Shown here piece after piece: positions 15,286-20,000 of a DNA stretch of 20,000 nucleotides. Source of the stretch: an uncultured virus (IMG/VR IMGVR_UViG_3300035670_000166) (taxonomy: Duplodnaviria; Heunggongvirae; Uroviricota; Caudoviricetes). The stretch lies in the IMG/VR virus record IMGVR_UViG_3300035670_000166; one strand, given 5' to 3'. How positions within the stretch are numbered: the first letter of the stretch is position 1; every line of letters begins with the position of its first letter. Under the pieces are notes generated by a model, which was given only the letters and a program-made list of their open reading frames with translations, searched no databases and had not been told where the DNA came from. The translations under genes and the position numbers were made by a program.

Positions 15286-18200
15286 GTGGCCAGTCTTGGA
15301 TTTGCCGGTGACAATGGCTCGCTGAGCGACATCAACGCAACCCAGGGTGAATTCCGCGAGCAGATTGCAGCGCTGAACGACCTGATGCGTCAGATCGCTG
15401 GCAACGCTGCCGTATCCACTGGCGATTCCGCGCAGGCTGATCCGCTCAATGCGCCGTTCACGCTGTACGTCAACCCCTACACCGGAAGCGACGAGTTCGT
15501 CGGCGGCGCCTACAACTCCTTCGAGAGCGGTGCCACCCAGCAGCAAATCATCGATTCCAAACTGAAGCGCCTCGAAAAGCAGCGCCTGACGTGCGGCTTC
15601 ACCCCGCAGCGCCCCTTCCGCACGATCAACCGCGCCGTCATCGAGGCCGCGATCATTACCAGCAAGGACTGGTACACGATCACCGATCCTGCCGCGCACG
15701 TCGACTGCGTGAGCATCGTTCTGGCCCCCGGCGTCCACACCCTTTACAACGACCCCGGCAGCGGCAGCACAAGCCTCACAAGTTGGGGCCTTTCCAAGAG
15801 CCCGACCACTGCCGAACTGATCCAGTTCAACCCCTCCAGCGGTGGCGGCGTGCTGCTGCCTCGCGGATGCTCACTGTGCGGCGCTGACCTGCGCAAGGTC
15901 ACCATCCGCCCCAACTGGGTGCCGGCCAACGAGGACGAAACCGCGAACTACAGCAACCGCTGCGGAATGCTGAAGATCACCGGCACCGGCTACTTCTTCG
16001 GCTTCACCATCATGGACAAGGTGGGAGAAGCGCGTAGCCACCACCTGCTCGACGGCTTCCATTTCGCCAGCAAAACCGAGCTCGATGCGTTCTACGCCAA
16101 AACCCTGAGCGCGGTTGGCGACGGCGCTGATCTCGCATCTGCCCTGACCGTCACTCGCGGCACCGAGTATCAGATCGTTGGCCCGATCGACCAAACCCAA
16201 TCGCCTGTGCCGGCCTGGGACACCACCAGCAGCGCATCGCCCTACATCTTCAACTGTTCAGTCCGCTCCAACTACGGACTCGGTGGCGCCTTCATGGATG
16301 GTGCCAAGGTCAGCGGCCTGCGCAGCATGGTCTGCGCCAACTTCACCGGCGTCAGCCTGCAGAAGGACATGAGCTGCTGGCAGCGCTACAGCGCAGGCGG
16401 CTGGACCACCACCACTTACGAGCAATACATCGCCGCTGATCCTGATGACATCAGGATGAGGCCCGAGCGCGTCAGCCGGCACATCAGCGCCATCAACGAT
16501 GCGTTCATCCAAGAGGTGAGCATCTTTGCCATCGGCCAAGGCATTCACCACTTCACCGATCTCGGCGGCGAGATCACTATCACCAATAGCAACAGCAGCT
16601 TCGGCGGCTGCGCTGCGATCAGCAAGGGCTACAAGAACGTCTCATTTCCCAGTGATCGTAACTGGACGATCCGCAATATCAAAGTACCGCTCAACGTGAG
16701 CGAAAAGACTGGCAACATCCGCCAGATCTACCTCGGTGTCACCGAGAGCGTCACAAGCGGCCAGATCACCCTGACCACCGATCTCGCTGCCGATTCCACG
16801 TCCTCGACAGTGCCCGCAGTCCTGCTGCGTGATGGTTATTCGCTCGCGAACGGCACCAAGATCTGGATCGAAAACCCAAGCGGCGACCCATGGCACACCA
16901 CGCTCACGTCAGCTGCGTGGAACGACGACGCCCCAGACAAGATCAATATCACGGGCCTGCCCACCGGCAATGATTCCACCACGGATCCTGATGGCGTAAG
17001 CCTGCTGCTGGGCAAGCGCGTCTACGTCCGTCGTCTGGTCGACACCCGCACGCCAGAAGAGCGGCGCGTGTCCATCCTCATGAACAACACGGCAACCGTC
17101 CGGCTGCCGCAGCGCAACTTCATCCTGCAGACCGATCCGGCTCGCACCAACGGCGCCATCGCACGCACGCTGGTGGCCGGTGGTAGTGAAGTGTTCGCCG
17201 TCAGCAACGTGGGCTCTGTCCCCACCTCAGGCGGTGGCATTGCCACATCCTCGGAAATCACTCTGCGGCGTTCGGCACCAACCGTCAGCTACGCCAACGG
17301 CACGTTCTATCCGGCCGGCACGATCGTGCGCCACGCCAACAAGCACTACCAAGCGCTGAATGATGTCACCACATCAACAGCGGCCCCTGACGCAGCGGTA
17401 TTCGGCGAGACCTATGTCCACATGCCTTCGGATTACAACGCCGAAGACCCGATCTCGCAGGAAGCTCGCATTCTGTCGTTCGACACAGATACCGACACCG
17501 ACCCATACAGCCAAACGCTGGGCATCAACTTCAGCACCATCTGGACTAGCGCCGGCTCGACCCGAGAGCGGTATCGCAGCAGCACCGACTACAAGGGCAT
17601 TCACGCGCTGCTGGTAGCCCTGGGTCTTACCTCCGACCAAGCGCACACCGCACTCGTACCTAAAGCCACAAGCGGCCGCCTGCTCGATCCGGCCAGCAGC
17701 GTCGACTTCCCAACTGCGCCGACTGGTGGTGCCGCCACCGGCCGCGGTTACTGGGCTGTGGAATTCCGTCGCCCGAGTGTGCTGCGTTTGTACGGGCACG
17801 CTTGGGAATGGGCTGGCTACCTGAACTACACCAAGGCTGTCCCCGCAGCCCAGAAGGATCTCGGCCCTCAGAACAAGTTCACGTACTACTTCACCAGTGC
17901 TGGCGGCGGTCGCGTAGTGCCCCAAGGCTCCAACGAGGACGGCTTCAATGTGTCGCCTCGTGGCCTGGAAGACGTTGAAACTGGCGCCACGCTGACCGTT
18001 GAATCCCTAGGCGCTAGCTCCGTTGACGACTACCAGCAGACACAGTTCCCAGCATTGAGCGTCGATGAACTGAGCGTCAAAAACATCAACATCTCCGGCA
18101 ATATCACCGGCCTGCCTGATGTGGGCCGTGCTGCAACCGACACGCTAGGCCCCACGTATCTGGCTTCGATTGAACGGCTGAACAGCCTTGCAGCCGCTAC

Positions 18201-20000
18201 TTCAAACAATCAGATCAACGCAAACCCCTATGCAGTTACTGTAGAAGGGCTCAACTACTGGAAAAACAACAACCGCTTGGTGTCTGCGCCTGTTGGTGTG
18301 CAGTACATCTACGTCGACCCGGCGACCACGAACGACCCGAGCTATGAGCAGATGTTGGCAGGCACACCCCCTAGCTCACCCGCAACCCGAGTGCGTAATC
18401 TGCAAACGGCGGTTTCCTATGCCAATACAATTTACGGTCCGACCGCCACTGTCGAATACCGCATCGCACCTGGAATCTACGAATTAAAGGGCGCCACGGT
18501 ATTCACGACAAATGCAGCAGTTCGTGCGTGGAATATGACCACCAATACCGCACTAAACGATGATCGCGAAGGCGGCACTATCCCATTTTTAGGGGGGTCT
18601 GCTGAAACATTCAGCAACTACCTTGATCCGACCAAGCAACCAATTTTCCTCACTTGGATGCGCGGTGATTTTGACGATACTCCATTTCGTAAGTATGTCC
18701 TCACATTCGCTTCCCCATTCCAGCTTCGCTTCAAAGAGCAAGGAACTGTCATTGGAATTGCATGGTGGGGCGCAACGGAGACTATCACAGGAGGGTTTGC
18801 GTCAACCCTTGCAAATGCACAGGCTCGTGTGTCAGATAATTTTTTCACCGATGCGCGCATCCCATTGGCGAATGTACCGTCCGCTTTTAGGCAGAGTGCA
18901 GTAAGCAATCCAGACGATGCGTTTGATTATTTTCAGCGTGCGTGCGCGATCCGCGTAACATCCGCAGACAGCAATGGCTACTACCGTTTATACGGACACC
19001 GCCATACTTCTGCGGTTGTTTTTGAAAGAGTCGGTCGTATTTACAACTGTGCCTTTGGCGCTGTCTCACCGGCTGACGATGCTGTCGCTGGTGGCGAAAT
19101 CCAGTTTCACAGCATGATTGAGGTGGGACAAGAAAGCGTAGAGCTTAACGGCTTGCGCTTCTTTGGCAACGTACGCATGTCTAGCAAGCTAAACAGCGGA
19201 ACAGTCGATCTCAGCAGCGAGGGGCTTGGAGTACGCGACTATGCAAACATCAGAATGCGGGATGCAGGCGCAATCAGTTTTGCAACACAGAATTATCTGA
19301 TGACTGGGCACGCGATTACATTTATTGCCCCTGAAGCCACGAATAACACCAATGGAACCGTTGAGGTAGGCTTCGGGACTATAGCTAATTTCAACTCTAA
19401 CGGGAACACAGAAAACAACAACCCATGGTCAAATTTTTCGTTGGTGTCTTCAAATTACAGCGGCGGTACAGTCAGTTACGCAATCGCTACCTCTACCGCA
19501 GCAGCGAGCGACACGTCATGGAAAGCAGCCGGGCCAGCGTTCCACGCATTCTTTAATGTAGCCGCAGGTATAACACCTGGACTGTTCAGGAATTGGCTTC
19601 AATTTGCGCTAGATAGTGACATTAACGGCGAGGCAAATAGAACGGCAGATAGTGCTGGCTTTGACGGCAAGTTTGGTAACTACGCAAGGACCTACTCTTC
19701 TAGCACTACAAGCTCCACCTATTATTCAAAAGGAAGCCTATTCGCTATCTTTACCGCTGTAGATTTGGACCGCAACAGTGTTTTTGGGGACACCCCATCT
19801 ACTTGGTTCTCCGTAGCAGGCGGCGACCGCGATGAGGACGGTCTAGGAGTGCCGAATGTGACCACCTACACCAGTGGCCTCAGCGCTGGAGGTATGGGCC
19901 AAAACAACGACCCCACAAGCTCCACAGGCTTATTCGCCGCGTTGAACATCAAACTACGCGGCTTCAAAAAGGGCATTGATACTACCAATGCCAATGTCAT
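15286..20000 (+). CDS. Large tail spike/fiber structural protein with pectin-lyase-like beta-helix modules, 3'-truncated by the window (>1570 aa)
   Basis: I read the frame codon by codon from GTG 15286 to the window end and found no stop. It begins MASLGFAGDNGSLSDINATQGEFREQIAAL and contains LYVNPYTGSD...RPFRTINRAVIEA...IVLAPGVH, GGVLLPRGCSLCGADLRKVTIRP, SASPYIFNCSVRS, EFRRPSVLR, and a second IYVDP...LQTAV...IAPGIY motif. It is missing from the ORF track because it has no stop in the window. Confidence 0.9.
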   Translation, partial: MASLGFAGDNGSLSDINATQGEFREQIAALNDLMRQIAGNAAVSTGDSAQADPLNAPFTLYVNPYTGSDEFVGGAYNSFESGATQQQIIDSKLKRLEKQRLTCGFTPQRPFRTINRAVIEAAIITSKDWYTITDPAAHVDCVSIVLAPGVHTLYNDPGSGSTSLTSWGLSKSPTTAELIQFNPSSGGGVLLPRGCSLCGADLRKVTIRPNWVPANEDETANYSNRCGMLKITGTGYFFGFTIMDKVGEARSHHLLDGFHFASKTELDAFYAKTLSAVGDGADLASALTVTRGTEYQIVGPIDQTQSPVPAWDTTSSASPYIFNCSVRSNYGLGGAFMDGAKVSGLRSMVCANFTGVSLQKDMSCWQRYSAGGWTTTTYEQYIAADPDDIRMRPERVSRHISAINDAFIQEVSIFAIGQGIHHFTDLGGEITITNSNSSFGGCAAISKGYKNVSFPSDRNWTIRNIKVPLNVSEKTGNIRQIYLGVTESVTSGQITLTTDLAADSTSSTVPAVLLRDGYSLANGTKIWIENPSGDPWHTTLTSAAWNDDAPDKINITGLPTGNDSTTDPDGVSLLLGKRVYVRRLVDTRTPEERRVSILMNNTATVRLPQRNFILQTDPARTNGAIARTLVAGGSEVFAVSNVGSVPTSGGGIATSSEITLRRSAPTVSYANGTFYPAGTIVRHANKHYQALNDVTTSTAAPDAAVFGETYVHMPSDYNAEDPISQEARILSFDTDTDTDPYSQTLGINFSTIWTSAGSTRERYRSSTDYKGIHALLVALGLTSDQAHTALVPKATSGRLLDPASSVDFPTAPTGGAATGRGYWAVEFRRPSVLRLYGHAWEWAGYLNYTKAVPAAQKDLGPQNKFTYYFTSAGGGRVVPQGSNEDGFNVSPRGLEDVETGATLTVESLGASSVDDYQQTQFPALSVDELSVKNINISGNITGLPDVGRAATDTLGPTYLASIERLNSLAAATSNNQINANPYAVTVEGLNYWKNNNRLVSAPVGVQYIYVDPATTNDPSYEQMLAGTPPSSPATRVRNLQTAVSYANTIYGPTATVEYRIAPGIYELKGATVFTTNAAVRAWNMTTNTALNDDREGGTIPFLGGSAETFSNYLDPTKQPIFLTWMRGDFDDTPFRKYVLTFASPFQLRFKEQGTVIGIAWWGATETITGGFASTLANAQARVSDNFFTDARIPLANVPSAFRQSAVSNPDDAFDYFQRACAIRVTSADSNGYYRLYGHRHTSAVVFERVGRIYNCAFGAVSPADDAVAGGEIQFHSMIEVGQESVELNGLRFFGNVRMSSKLNSGTVDLSSEGLGVRDYANIRMRDAGAISFATQNYLMTGHAITFIAPEATNNTNGTVEVGFGTIANFNSNGNTENNNPWSNFSLVSSNYSGGTVSYAIATSTAAASDTSWKAAGPAFHAFFNVAAGITPGLFRNWLQFALDSDINGEANRTADSAGFDGKFGNYARTYSSSTTSSTYYSKGSLFAIFTAVDLDRNSVFGDTPSTWFSVAGGDRDEDGLGVPNVTTYTSGLSAGGMGQNNDPTSSTGLFAALNIKLRGFKKGIDTTNANV

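Larger units (their letters stand above)
1..20000 (+). mobile_element. Tail morphogenesis module of a siphovirus-like phage or prophage (probable cyanophage)
   Basis: Tightly packed co-oriented genes with stop/start overlaps; tube - chaperone frameshift pair - tape measure - tip - spike order; no sheath gene. Phage versus prophage cannot be decided because no att site, integrase or host gene is in view. Confidence 0.93.

Noticed and set aside
17482..17502. GACAC(A/C)-like microrepeat encoding DTDTDTD
   Set aside because: It is short, imperfect, in-frame low complexity rather than a true repeat array.
18585..18597. A TTT TTA GGG GGG as a slippery or phase-variable tract in the spike gene
   Set aside because: The heptamer is imperfect (ATT, not XXX), the -1 frame stops at 18603, and G6 is too short to argue for phase variation.
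18840..18846. In-phase T TTT TTC heptamer
   Set aside because: The -1 frame ends after 14 codons, no stimulator is seen, and it would truncate a domain; likely chance in AT-richer sequence.
1..20000. Cyanobacterial HIP1 (GCGATCGC) or GGCGCC enrichment as a host signature
   Set aside because: I noticed no GCGATCGC. GGCGCC is frequent but explained by Gly-Ala codons in GC-rich genes; a Markov-corrected count would be needed.
15286..20000. Diversity-generating retroelement or invertible fiber cassette
   Set aside because: No reverse transcriptase, invertase, template/variable repeat pair or inverted crossover sites are visible; the gene's 3' end lies outside the window, so this cannot be fully excluded.

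Overview
The whole window is one co-oriented (+ strand) tail morphogenesis module of a long-tailed dsDNA phage or prophage. No tail sheath gene is seen, so it is siphovirus-like. Resemblance to cyanophage proteins (from memory, not a database search) suggests a picocyanobacterial host (Synechococcus/Cyanobium-type). Gene order: end of a neck/tail-completion gene, putative tail terminator, major tail (tube) protein with a C-terminal Ig-like domain, intrinsic terminator, small orphan, tail assembly chaperone pair joined by a programmed -1 frameshift (A AAA AAC at 2355-2361), 1875-aa tape measure protein, gpL-like, degenerate NlpC/P60 gpK-like, gpJ-like hub, Dit/gpM-like gene, two further tail-tube-fold paralogs, and a >1570-aa multi-module spike/fiber gene (15286 to beyond the window end) that is missing from the ORF track. 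The most notable points are three tube-fold genes in a non-canonical tail-tip gene order, a giant spike with two beta-helix-like modules, the frameshift, and sharp GC/codon mosaicism whose breakpoints fall inside genes. I saw no RNA genes, CRISPR arrays, IS elements, DGR or defence systems. I cannot claim a wholly new biological system here; the novelty candidates concern tail-tip architecture.
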